A stretch of DNA of 64,000 nucleotides, taken from positions 57,040,001 through 57,104,000 of the forward strand of contig NC_135667.1 in assembly GCF_964188315.1 (NCBI RefSeq), in the 5' to 3' direction. Source of the DNA: Podarcis muralis. Taxonomy: Eukaryota. Position 1 is the stretch's first letter. Each line of letters starts with the position of its first letter. The notes below the pieces were generated by a model, which was not told the DNA's origin, made no database searches, and was given only the letters and a program-made list of their open reading frames with translations. Below are positions 51,560 to 63,093 of the stretch, piece after piece. The position numbers and the translations under genes were made by a program.

Positions 51560-52600
51560 GCTCCTGCAAGGTGTTGTTCCTGATCTCATATGCTATCACA
51601 GCCAGAGCTGGGCCACCCATAAAGGGGACTAAGCCAGCTGCCTTGGGGGGTGGAATCCCAAGGGGCAGCACTCTCGCAGGGGCCCCACCCCTGCTGCCAC
51701 CACCAGAGAAGCGAGAAGAAGTGGTGGTTGCCTGCTCCTCTTGTGTCCAGCACAGGGTGCACTACCAGAGAAGCAAGGAGAAGTGCCGTGATCATAGCAC
51801 AATATCCTGTTCCTTTTCCCAGCTCCAGACTTGGGAATTCCTTCTACTCTTCTTCTGCAGCTTGAACTGCATAGAGAGAGGTGGAGACTCACTGTAGTTG
51901 CACAGTCCTTTGAAGGGCCTCAGAAGTCGGGTGCAGTTGCCGAAACAGTTTGCACCTCTTCCACAGAACCAGTATGGACACAAAGATGGTTGTTTGTAGC
52001 GCAGAAGCAAAATATCCTGCTGACCTCCATTGCGGCAAGGGAGGGTTGGGCTTAGTTTGCTTTGCTGGTGCCCTTTTAAGGCACAGTACTAGAGTTCTCT
52101 TTCCTTGCATCTGTGAAGAAGATTGGGGCTTCTCGGTTTGCTCCTGTGCTTCAGAGATACTTGGAGCACCTTGAAGGTACATAATTGAAGCCAGTTTCCT
52201 TCCCATCCTTGCAGCTGGGGCAGGGATTGCTCTCCATAGTTGTGATGGGTTTCTGAAGTTCTGTGCAACTTGCAGAGATAGTCTCCACAGACAGATATAT
52301 AGCTCCAAGGTTGGGATGGTGGCTAGGATTTGTTAGGTGTGACAGAAGATGGTTGCGCACACTTCATGGTAAACATGATGACTAAAACTGGGGGCTCCTG
52401 GTGGTTCTGCTTATTACCTGATGCACTATGAAAAATCATTTTGGTAACACACACTAGTCTTCTCCTTTTCCTGAATGTATTGCAATGATGACCAGTACAC
52501 ACAGGAGCCTATGGACAGAGACATACCATGGGGTTGGCGAAACTGGTCCCCACTGCCCAGGCCCAGGGGGTGCAAAAATCACCCCAGATTACTCCAACCG
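51560..52600 (-). mobile_element. Possible decayed Gypsy-type gag
   Basis: Broken frames with RRLVCVTK (cf. RDRLVCG) and a Cys-rich CRNGGQ ... YK ... CPY ... C stretch resembling a zinc knuckle. Confidence 0.35.
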
Positions 52601-53476
52601 AGGAAAGAGAGTTGTGTGGGGTGAGAGACACAAGAGGCAGATTGCATGGATGACAATTGCCTCAGAAGAAGTTGAGATGGGTGATGACTGGGCAGCTGGT
52701 GTCTCTGCTGTCGTCTTTGCTTCCACTACCGATGGAGGCTTTTAACTTCTCCCAACCTTCATGTGCACACACAGCCCTCAAAGTCCCCACTTTTCAGGGG
52801 CCTGCCTGCCTGCCTCCCTGCTTGCTGCTCTTGTGTGGTACTTGCTCAGCTGATGGCTGTTGTGATGAAGTCATTTTTTTCTGGGGTGGGGGTGTGCCAA
52901 TACAGCACCTCTGCCTATGAACAAATCTCTGTGTGTACAGAAGCCTCTGGCTGGATGCAGTACAGTGTCTGACTATTACTGTAGTTGGTGTCAGTGAGCC
53001 CCATTCCAACACGTTCATCATCAGTGCCTGCCACTGCTAGTTCCTTCCTCTCTTCCTTCAGCCACTTCTGGCAGCTTTGGTAGCTCCTACAGCTAACCAG
53101 AGACTTACTTTCATGCCAGCATCTGTGTGAACTGGCTCTGGGTCCACCCCTCCCCAGTGGCTGAGATTGGAGCTGTGATCTGGTCCCACGTGGTACTTAT
53201 TTTATTTTTTATTTATTGAATTTATATGCTTCCCTATACCTGGAGGTCTCAAGGCAGTTCACGGAAAAGATCACAATATATAAAAACAGAATAAGAACAA
53301 TAACCCAATAACACCCCCAAAAAAAGAGCCACTGCCCTGCTGAGAGCCTTATCTTGCCTTTTGACAAGTTAGCTACTAGCCTTGGTTTGTTCTCTCTGAA
53401 ATGGAAGTATGAGGTGGTTGTCACAATGATGAATAGAACATAGTACATACTGGCTGCTTGATCATATTCATATGTA

Positions 53477-53700
53477 CAGTGGTACCTCTAGTTACGAACA
53501 TAATTCGTTCCCGAGGTCCGTTCTCTTAACCAGAGGCGTGCTTTCACTAACGGGGCCTCTTGCTGCCGCTGCGCCGCCAGCACACAATTTCCGTTTTTAT
53601 CCTGGGGCAAAGTTCTCAACTCGAGGTAACTTCCAGGTTAGCGGAGTTTGTAACCTGAAGTGTTTGTAACCTGAGACGCTTGTAACTCGAGGTACCACTG
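53477..53700. mobile_element. Tc1/mariner (Tigger-like) MITE
   Basis: TIR CAGTGGTACCTC, TA TSD. Confidence 0.9.
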
Positions 53701-53819
53701 TACTTGGAAGTAAAATGCACAGATTACAGCCTTAAACTGTTAATGGAAATTATGTACAACCCTTTTAAAAACTATTGTTCTAGTTAATAAAAGGTTCTAT
53801 TTTTTTGTGAATTCTGTAG

Positions 53820-53939
53820 GCTCCCAAAAGTCGAGTCAAGAGAGAGATCCCGAGACCATGGCCGAGGCCCGCATTGACATTAAGAGACTTCTCCAGTTAC
53901 TTGCAGGGCAGCAAGTGAATCCCACAAAAGCCCTATGTA
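53820..53939 (+). CDS. HUS1: HUS1 exon 7
   Basis: 120 bp; [39 protein letters not shown]. Confidence 0.97.
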
Positions 53940-54147
53940 GTAAGTGACCCTTTGGGCCTGTTGTGTGAACAAGTCATTTGCCACTCGAGAGAGCAGTGTA
54001 TGAAGAAGATATCGCGTGTTTGGAAGGGATTGCCACATCCTTCCTGTAAAAGCAAATTTCAACATTTCCACACACCGGTGTATTTGGACCAGCATTCTTA
54101 GGGCCAAACCGGACACCATGGGGGGATTGTTACTGTTATTGATAGTA

Positions 54148-54512
54148 CCGTATTTTTCGCCCTATAGGACGCACCGGCCCATAGGACACGCCTAGTTTTT
54201 TGGGGGGGAAATAAAGTAAAAAAAAATTACTTCCCCCCCCAGGTGCGGGGCTGGGGCAGGGGAAGCCCGAACTTCCCCTGACCCCAGCCCCCAGAACAGG
54301 CAGCTCTCCGCAAGCCGTGGGAGCCCAGCGCCGGGCTCCCACGGCTTGTGGAGAGCTGCGCAAAGCCTGGAGAGCGAGAGGGGTCGGTGCTCACCGACCC
54401 CTCTCGCTCCCCAGGCTTCAGCCAAAGCCTGCATTCGCCCCATAGGACGCACACACATTTCCCCTTCATTTTTGGAGGGGAAAAAGTGTGTCCTATAGGG
54501 CGAAAAATACGG
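54148..54512. mobile_element. Tc1/mariner (pogo-like) MITE
   Basis: TIR CCGTATTTTTCGCCCTATAGGAC, TA TSD. Confidence 0.9.
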
Positions 54513-55075
54513 TAATTTTTCCGTATCTTTATTTTAGATGTTATGATTTATATGGAGATTTGGTTGTGTATATTTTGATATTTCTTTATTGCTTATGACT
54601 ACTTTTCTTATATTTGTAATTAGGTTCCGTCCCCGTCCACCACCATGTTGTAAGCCACCTTGAGCATGGTTTTAACTGTGGAAAGGTGGCATACAAATAA
54701 AATTATATATGTATGTATGAATCATGTTTATGTGACTCAACTCAGCCCTCCCTTGCCCAGCTCCACCATGGCATATGCATCTGTAGGCAGAGTCAGGTCT
54801 GCTGTCAAGTGGAGGTTGTTGAAAGTGCCTTTTGTCTAGGAGGGAGGACCTGACGCAGCTTTTCTTTTTGTTGTCTTTCTCCTGGTTGGGAAAAACAGTT
54901 TTGAAAAGTTTTGGAGGTTGATTGTAGCCATGTTCAAAATATTCCAGGCCACCTGCAGCTTGGCCTCTGCATCTGTGTGGCCTTCAAAACTGGAGAATGT
55001 TGGCTCTTGTTGAACGTGATATTTTGGGCCCTCTGTCATCCTTTGAAGTTTAAAATATGGACTTGTGTTTTGCAG

Positions 55076-55158
55076 ATATTGCAAGCAAAAGGATTGTTCA
55101 CTTCATCTTGCTCCACGAAGATGTTTCTCTTCAATATTTCATTCCAGCCCTTGTATGA
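55076..55158 (+). CDS. HUS1: HUS1 exon 8 (terminal)
   Basis: NIASKRIVHFILLHEDVSLQYFIPALV*; the 8 exons sum to 843 nt = 280 aa plus stop. Confidence 0.97.
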
Positions 55159-55589
55159 ATTGAACAGTTCTTCCAGCTCACCTGTTTTCAATGCTGCAGC
55201 GTCTTCTCAAAGGCACTGAACCAGGCACAGAAAGACGGAAGACGGGGTGGGGGACATGAGTGCTTGCTATGCTTGTTTAAACCCCTTTTGTAGTCAGATT
55301 CTGTGCAGAGAACTGTATATTTAATACCTTATATTTGGTAAATAGAAGAAGTAAAAAAAAATCTGTTTGACTGGGCTATATATTTTATTAAAGAAACAGT
55401 CCATTAGATCTTTAGTTATTCTGGTGCTCCATGCAGCAAAAGAACTGTTGGTTTTTTATTAAAAAATATATTGTTTCTCAGTCACCTGTCGGTTCCATAT
55501 ATTCTACGCCTCCTGTCCATTCCACCATTCATTACTGCATATAGGTCACTTCAGTCATATTAAAATTCTCCAGTACCCTCAGAGCTTCC

Positions 55590-55946
55590 ATACCACAGTG
55601 CCTAGGGCTTGCTGATCGTATGGTCGGCGGTTCGAATCCCCGCGGCGGGGTGAGCTCCCGTCTTTCGGTCTCAGCTCCTGCCCACCTAGCAGTTCGAAAG
55701 CACCCCTAAGTGCAAGTAGATAAATAGGTACCGCTTTATAGCGGGAAGGTAAACGGCATTTCCGTGTGCTGCGCTGGTGCTGGCTGGCCAGAGCAGCTTC
55801 GTCACGCTGGCCACGTGACCCGGAAGTGTCTTCGGACGGCGCCGGCTCCCGGCCTCTTAAGTGAGATGGGCGCACAACCCTAGAGTCGGACACTCTAGCA
55901 AGCCCTAGGCGCTGAGGCTTTTACCCACAGCACCACCCGTGTCCCT
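55590..55946 (+). mobile_element. Rearranged Sauria SINE with an inverted head at its 3' end
   Basis: Body on + to about 55893; reverse-complement head at 55898-55946. Confidence 0.8.
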
Positions 55947-55949
55947 GAC

Positions 55950-56420
55950 ACCTTGCTAATCCATTGGAATTTCATTGCTGGCATCCAACTGTCTTAGGAA
56001 ACAATGGAGGAGAGTGTTTTGGGGGTGAAATCAAATGGTTGAAAGGTTGCAGCGCCTGCTGTGGCTGTAGAGACCAATGTGGGAGAGACATGCTTTGTTG
56101 CAGCTGGGGCAGATGAAGGCATCCGATTGCACTGATTCAGATGCACCAGGGCGTTTATTTTCTCTGCTGCTCCTCTGGTTACTGCTATGAATGCATGAGC
56201 TGACTGGCTGTCTCCAGGCACGGCAGGGTTGGAGCAAGACAGGCACTCGGAGGCAGCAGGATTTCTCTTTCTTCTTAGAACACACTGGTTCCCAGGATTC
56301 CTGGCTCATCCTGTATGGAGCTGTTATCCAAGATGTCTGTCTTGTGACAGATTCAGGCTGGCCAGAATAAATTTAGCCTCTCGAAGCATAGATGCCATCA
56401 GAAACCCATCAGCCTTTACT
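55950..56420 (-). mobile_element. RTE-clade LINE 3' relic
   Basis: REN.RPGASESVQSDAFICPSCNKACLSHIGLYSHSRRC, the C-terminal zinc-finger-like end of RTE ORFs. Confidence 0.75.
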
Positions 56421-58119
56421 GTAAGTTTAAAAGGGAACTCCCACCAATATTGCGTCCTCACGTTTCAAAGTATTTATGTAGTAGGTTTGGACTGTCTCTA
56501 TATTTTTAACATTTCTGGGAAGATTACCTGCAAAATTTGGAGTGCTGCATATTGATACTAGACAATTCTAAAAATTCACAAGGCATCGTATGTGCAATAT
56601 TTTTTGAAACACGTGATGAAATTCCTAGAGGTCCCTCCATTTTATCTGCAGGGCCCTGGCGCTCTGCGTTCCATTTCAACAACAGTAGTTGGGGCAAGCA
56701 TGCACTCGAGATCTATGTCTTTAACCCACAAGGAAGCTGCAGAATTCAAACAGTCCCACCCTCTTCCTGTTCTCATATCTCAGCTACAGCAGTAAAAGGG
56801 GAAAGGAAAAGAAGCACCAGGCTTGTCTGTACTTGCAATCCTCTGTCCTTTCAGGCATAAGAACTGTAACTTTAGGAACCCTTCTCATTTATACTTACAC
56901 TTGCTAAGATTCAGTGGCCACCAATCAGCCATGGAAGTAACAGAATTTTTTCTTAAATGAAAAATTGGCACTGACAGGAGTCCAATGTCTCTCTCAAGGC
57001 ATGAATAAATCATGCAGCCATCCTCCTTCCCTTGGAGTAGAGAATGGCGTCAGAAGGCAGAACATACATGTCACTAAACCGCTACACAGCCTCAACTTTA
57101 CGTGATGTGGCAGGCACAGCGGGGAGCGTCCCTAAGCTGAATGAATTACAAGGCAATGCAAGTGTGCTTTGTCTGTGCTTGGAGAAACAATATTTTGGTT
57201 AGCTGGGCCATGTTTTCTCCTGTACTTAAAAGCTTTGGGAGTTGATGCAAACGGTTATGTTGCCATAGGTGGGCCCTGGAATAACATCCTTCTCTTTTTC
57301 TGGCAGAATGTGTGTGTGTGTGTCTGTCTGTGTGGGTCCCTGCTGTTTGTTCTGTGTCTCCAGAAAGGCTTTGCAAACTGCAGCGTCAAGTGGAAGTGGA
57401 AAAGCAGGATGTTTTCTTTGCAGGAAGGTCCCCCGTGCAGTTAGTCTGCCATCAGCATTTGACTTTCAAAACAGGAGTTGCCTGGTGCGAAGCAGGCAGG
57501 GGGAAGTCCAGATGCCACCACCGAAATCATCTTCCCCTGTGTCAGTTCTCAACTGACAAAGCAGAATGAAAAGAACACAAGGGTTTTCCACCCATCAAGG
57601 CCTTTTAAACCTTTCCTCTGCTGAAACTCTAGTAGTGGTGTTAGAAAGAAAGCTCTTGACTTGGTCAGTATTTTGAAATGAATGTCATTTTGAAATGAAT
57701 GTCAAAATTAGGGATTTGTCCTTGTCTGAATGGGCCTGCCACTAAATTAAACAGCAAAAAAAGGGGGGGAGGGGACCACATAGGAATGTCCACCCCTTGT
57801 ACATGCATGCAAATCACTTTCTTGCTCAGCAAGTGGATTACAAATGCCGCTGTTGTTTCCTCCAGATAAAGTTATTTCCGATTTTGAAGTAAAGCTGCAA
57901 TCATAGGCACACTTATTTGAAAGCAAGTTCCACTCAATTTAGTTCTGTGTGATTTGCTTTCAACTAAGTGTGCCTTGAACGACAGTCTTACTTCCAAATC
58001 AGAAATCATTTTACCCAGAGGAAACCATGGCTGCAATTATCATTAATAATTTTTTATACCGCCCTTCATCTGATGATCACAGGGTGGTTTGTAGAATAAA
58101 GACAAAAGCATCCAGTTGC

Positions 58120-58540
58120 CTTAGATAGATGATTTGAGGCAACGCATCCCGGGGGGGGGGGGACCTCTCGGGGATGCTTGCGCGGGGGCAGGGATGGCGG
58201 CCTCGCCAGGGGCCGGATCCCCCTCCTGGGCAGGGCGCTTCCTCGAGGAGCTGCCTCCGCGGCACAAGCCCCGCCCGCCCCCGGCTTGGGCTGCAGGCGC
58301 GGCTGGGAGAAAAGCGGCAACGGAAAGACAACCGGAGCCGCTTCTCGGCGGATCCCGCCCGGGGGCCGCGGCGGCAAGGCCAGCAGGTAAGCCGGCGCGC
58401 TGCCTTCCTTCCTTCCTGCAAGGAAATCTCAGCCGACCTCGCTTTGCTCTCCGGCTGCCCCACATTAAGTTTGTTGTCGGTTTGCTTCTCGCAGTTGCTT
58501 CCCAGTGTGGGGCGAATTCAAGAATTGCGCGGCGGGATTC
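58120..58540 (+). promoter_or_regulatory. CpG island with a + strand donor; candidate first exon of an unidentified gene
   Basis: Dense CpG; CAG|GTAAGC after 58386. Confidence 0.6.
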
Positions 58541-59322
58541 TGGAAAGGAAAGGCTTTTGTGGGGCACGTGTCCTCTTTGCTCCTAGTCCCACCAGGAGCT
58601 GTTGAGCTAGAAGTGGGAGCTGCCAGCGAGGGCCACGGGGGGGGGGGATGCAGGTGGAAATCTTTGCAGAGCTCTGAGCTCCATTCCGTGGGGCACACAC
58701 TCCAGCAGCCCCTGGGTGTCCCTTAAGGAGGAAGAGGTGCAAAAACTTCTGGACCAGCCTTTGCTCATCTGCTCTGTTCCTTGTCCTGGGGAGTCCTGCT
58801 CCCACTTTCTCGCTCTCTAGGGTGCCTGCAGCCTAGCAGCACACCATGGGGAGCCCCACTCTTTGACCACTGCCAGAATTTGGAGACTGCCCACCAGCTA
58901 AAGGCAGAGAGTGGTGGATGCCACTAGGCTGTTTCCATAGACTGTACTGGTTCCAAGGCACATGCAGACATTATTCCTGTGTGCGGTTAGGGACACTGAG
59001 CATTCCTTGGGAGCAGAGATGATGGCCCTGAGCACCCTAAGCCCAAACCCTATTTGGCCGTGAGAGTGAGGCTCCATGTCTCCAAAGGAAGTGGAGGATT
59101 TCATCCTTAAGGAAGGCGATGGATTGGCTGTGGATGACTTTGCCGCTGGAGACAAGGCTCCTCAGAGAAGCTGCTCATGACTGTCAGGTGTCTCTGGAAG
59201 ACCTTTCTATACCTACAGGCCTTTACAGCTGATTGGCCAGCAATGCTAATGATTATCTATAGTGCTTTATGTGCTATAGTGGCACACCACCTTGATGTTT
59301 ACGGAGGTGTAAGGAGAGGGAG

Positions 59323-59684
59323 GGGATGCAGGTGGCGCTGTGAGTAAAAGCCTCAGCGCCTAGGACTTGCCGGTCAAAAGGTCGGCGGTTCGAATCCCGC
59401 GGCGGGGTGCGCTCCCGTCGTTCGGTCCCAGCGCCTGCCAACCTAGCAGTTCGAAAGCACCCTCGGGTGCAAGTAGATAAATAGGGACCGCTTACCAGCG
59501 GGAAGGTAAACGGCATTTCCGTGTGCGGCTCTGGCTCGCCAGAGTAGCTTCGTCACGCTGGCCACGTGACCCGGAAGTGTCTGCGGACAGCGCTGGCCCC
59601 CGGCCTCTTGAGTGAGATGGGCGCACAACCCAGAGTCTGTCAAGACTGGCCCATACGGGCAGGGGGACCTTTACCTTTACCTTT
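59323..59684 (+). mobile_element. Full-length Sauria SINE
   Basis: 13-bp TSD taaggagagggag at 59310-59322 and 59685-59697. Confidence 0.95.
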
Positions 59685-60018
59685 TAAGGAGAGGGAGAGA
59701 CCTCTAGCGGGAGACACCTTTGGTCCCCACCCTGAACTCAGCTCTCACCTGTGGCTCTAAGAAGCCGTCAGCCTGTGACAGCGGCCACACACGGGAAAGC
59801 TAGCTAGTGCTCCTCTGTGTGCAATGGATGGAGCAAGGTTTCTTTGCTCTTCAGAAAACAGTGTGTCCATTTTGGGGGGAAACCCCTCAACCAACAGGTT
59901 TGTTTTAATAATTGGATGCTCTGTTTCTAAATTCCAAACGTTCATTTGCTTGTGTCTTGCTACATTTCACACACTGACGGACGGGGATGCTGTTCCCCGC
60001 CCCCCTCCAATACTAGTA

Positions 60019-60260
60019 CAGGCGTACCTTGGTTCTCGAATGCCTTGTGACTCGAACGTTTTGGCTCCCAAACACTGCAAACCCAGAAGTGAGTGTTTCT
60101 GTTTGCAAATGTTCTTTGGAAGCTGGTCGTCCGATGCGGCTTCCGACTGAGTGCAAGGAGCTCCTGCAGCCATTCGGAAGCTGCGCCTTGGTTTTCAAAA
60201 GTTTTCGGGAGTCGAAAGGACTTCTGGAACAGATTCCGTCCGAGAACCAAGGTATGACTG
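60019..60260. mobile_element. Tc1/mariner MITE
   Basis: Ends CAGGCGTACCTTGGTTCTCG ... CGAGAACCAAGGTATGACTG, TA TSD. Confidence 0.85.
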
Positions 60261-61959
60261 TAAGCCCATCTTTCATGCATTGTTGAGGAAATATTTGGAC
60301 CCTTTTAGTAGTTGGGTTTTTCTCTTCAGCAAAGCTTGTCTTTGATGTTGTGCAAGAGGCCGGGTCATCTTTACCACCATTCTGGTTGCATTTTCTTACC
60401 AAAAAGGCTTCCATGACATCCAAAAGGATTCAGCTGTCCCTCCTCATCTGTATCTCCACTTGCTTCCTGTTCCTTTTGCCACCTCCTTTCTTTCTCCATC
60501 ATTCTTTTCTTTCCTCATGTCACCTGTCTTGCCTTTGTTTCTCTCTCTTCTCTCTCACCTTCGGCCTTTTTGCCTCCTTCCGGCACTCTCTCAGACTTGC
60601 CGCCTTCTTTCACAGCCCTCCAAAGACCAGCTGTCTCCCTGTTGCTGTTTCCTCTCTGCCAACATCTTCTCCCACGTTTCAGTTCTTTCTTTTTCTCACC
60701 ACCTTATACTTCCTTTCATCTGTTCTTGTTGCCTTTCCTATGAGCATTCAGTTATCCCATCCATGTTGAGCAGCTACAATTCCCTCTCCACAGCTACCCC
60801 CCCCCCCCCAGTGCTGTCTGAAGTGAGCGTTTGGCCTGAAAAGATATCCTGAAATGGGCACAGGGAGGAGGAAAAGGGCATTAGGAACTTTGCCACTGCA
60901 AGGAGGGAGCTTTTCGCTTAGCCCAGCTCTAGCTCAGGTTACAGGCAGTGGGGTGAGGATGCTGTAGGCATTGCTAGAAGAAGCTGGGCCAGAAATACCT
61001 ATTGTGTTGCAAAGGCTCACTTCCGGCCCTTCTCCTGCCACACTGCAGCACTGGTCGAAAAAAAGGAACCTTTATGGCATTAGTCCTAAGGCCAGTGCTC
61101 CCTTAGTGGGTGGTGAGATTACCTAGGGGCCTACGATGTAAGGGGTGGAGGGGCACGGAAGGTATAAACGACTTTGAAAAGCTAGCATCACTCGATCAAG
61201 TTCATCTTGTTGAATTAATTAAACTAAATAGTTTTAATTGGATTTTGAATAAATGTGCAATGAATTATGACTGAATTTTATTGTTTCTCTAATGGGTTGT
61301 GCAAACTGCTATTCTGAATAAAAGTGGTCTTTCTAGGGCAGGGCACTGGGGATGCATTTATGGAACCAAGGGGGTGTCCCCCCCCCCCCAAAAAAAAAGT
61401 TTGGAACCACCACCTTAGACCATAGCACAGAGTGTGATAACAGCATTTCAACCAGGTAACAAAATTTACAAAACTTACATTAAAAAAATCACTACTTGCT
61501 CACTATTCAAAATTCATGATAAAGCATAAAGCATACTCTTAAAATAACACACATTGTTTATTTAATACAAAACATCATAAGCTTATATCAAGGTTCATTT
61601 CTCTTGCTTGCAAAACTTCAGGGCAGTTTGCAGCCATTGTGGCCACGTCCTTTTCCCTTGGCATGGCAGCCTTTTCTGCAAAGGAAGCTACCCTTTGTGC
61701 CACATAATGAGGAAAACCCAGTTTCTTTTTAGCAGCCCAGAAATTCATTTTCCTGAAACATGGGTCTAAATAACAATTCCTGATGTCAGTGTATAATCAA
61801 CATTCAAAATAGAACGTGCCAAATCCTGCACTTGAGGAAATGGGGCAAAATGAGTGCCTCCTTAGAAGAACATGTCACAGCCCAAACATTGTGTCTTGGT
61901 GTGTGATGCTCCTCTGGTTTGGTCAGCCTTAAATGGAATCTAATACACATTTGGAACTA

Positions 61960-62338
61960 CAGTGGTACCTTGGGTTAAGTACTTACCGTATTTTTCGCTC
62001 TATAACACACACCCGACCATAACACGCACGTAGTTTTTAGAGGAGGAAAATCCGTAGGCATGCCACCCGTAGGCATTCCCTCCATAACACGCACAGACAT
62101 TTCCCCTTACTTTCTAGGAGGGAAAAAGTGAGTGTTATGGTGCAAAAAATACGGTAATTCGTTCCGGAGGTCCGTTCTTAACCTGAAGACCACTTTAGCT
62201 AATGGGGCCTCCTGTTGCTGCTGCGCCGGCGGAGCACGATTTCTGTTCTCATCCTGAAGCAAAGTCCTTAACCCGAGGTACTATTTTTGGGTTAGCAGAG
62301 TCTGTAACCTGAAGCGTATGTAACCCGAGGTACTACTG
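61960..62338. mobile_element. Tigger-like MITE carrying a nested MITE
   Basis: CAGTGGTACCT ... AGGTACTACTG, TA TSD; same family as 53477-53700. Confidence 0.85.
61986..62154. mobile_element. pogo-like MITE nested at a TA
   Basis: TIR CCGTATTTTT; TA duplicated at 61984-61985 and 62155-62156. Confidence 0.85.
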
Positions 62339-62902
62339 TATGTCCCTTGTGATTTTGCTCTTAAAGCGATATTATTGTCATGAATTTGTGGGGTGCCTGG
62401 GATCCCCTTCCAGTTCCTGGGTGCCAGACACTGGATTTAGTATGTTCAAATGCAAGCAAGCCTAGTGATGGGTCCTTAACTGGAACAAAGGGCCAGAGGG
62501 CAAATGAGAGGCGACCCACTTTCAGCTCAGTTCAAAAGACAGAGTGTATAGAGTTGGAAGGATTGCAGCTGGGGGTGATGTGGGCTGGAGGAAAAGTCCT
62601 TGCCACCATGACATGGGGAGAAGCAGGACCCTCTTGGAGTGTAAGGCTGGAAGCCCCTCCATCCCAGGCTCAGGTTGTGTATATGTGGAAAGACACCACA
62701 ATCTCCGCTTCGCCTCATTGTCCAAAGGGAAACACAGAACCTGGGTAAACATGACTGGTGCCCCTGGAACCTTACACTGCTCAGTGATTTGGGGAGCAGC
62801 GTGTAACAGTATTAAGCAAATAGGATTTCCCGTTTTATGAAGGGGAGCATTCACTTCTTTAAAACAGGCTTTTTTTCTGGTGTTCAGCTGCAGTTCTGAG
62901 GC

Positions 62903-63093
62903 GACAGTAAGAGCTGTTCGACAGTGGAATTTGCTGCCAAGGAGTGTGGTGGAGTCTCCTTCTTTGGAGGTCTTTAAGCAGAGGCTTGACAACCATATGT
63001 CAGGAGTGCTCTGATGGTGTTTCCTGCTTGGCAGGGGGTTGGACTCGATGGCCCTTGGGGTCTCTTCCAACTCTATGATTCTATTCTATTCTA
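62903..63093 (+). mobile_element. Young CR1 3' end
   Basis: About 2 substitutions versus the 3' end of 37059-38958; TSD tgaggc. Confidence 0.95.

Noticed and set aside
60350-60852. Hydrophobic + strand ORFs resembling membrane proteins
   Set aside because: Translation of a pyrimidine-rich low-complexity strand (F/L/S bias).
61615-61752. Minus-strand acceptor followed by KMNFWAAKKKLGFPHYVG...*
   Set aside because: No recognisable homology and no partner exons.
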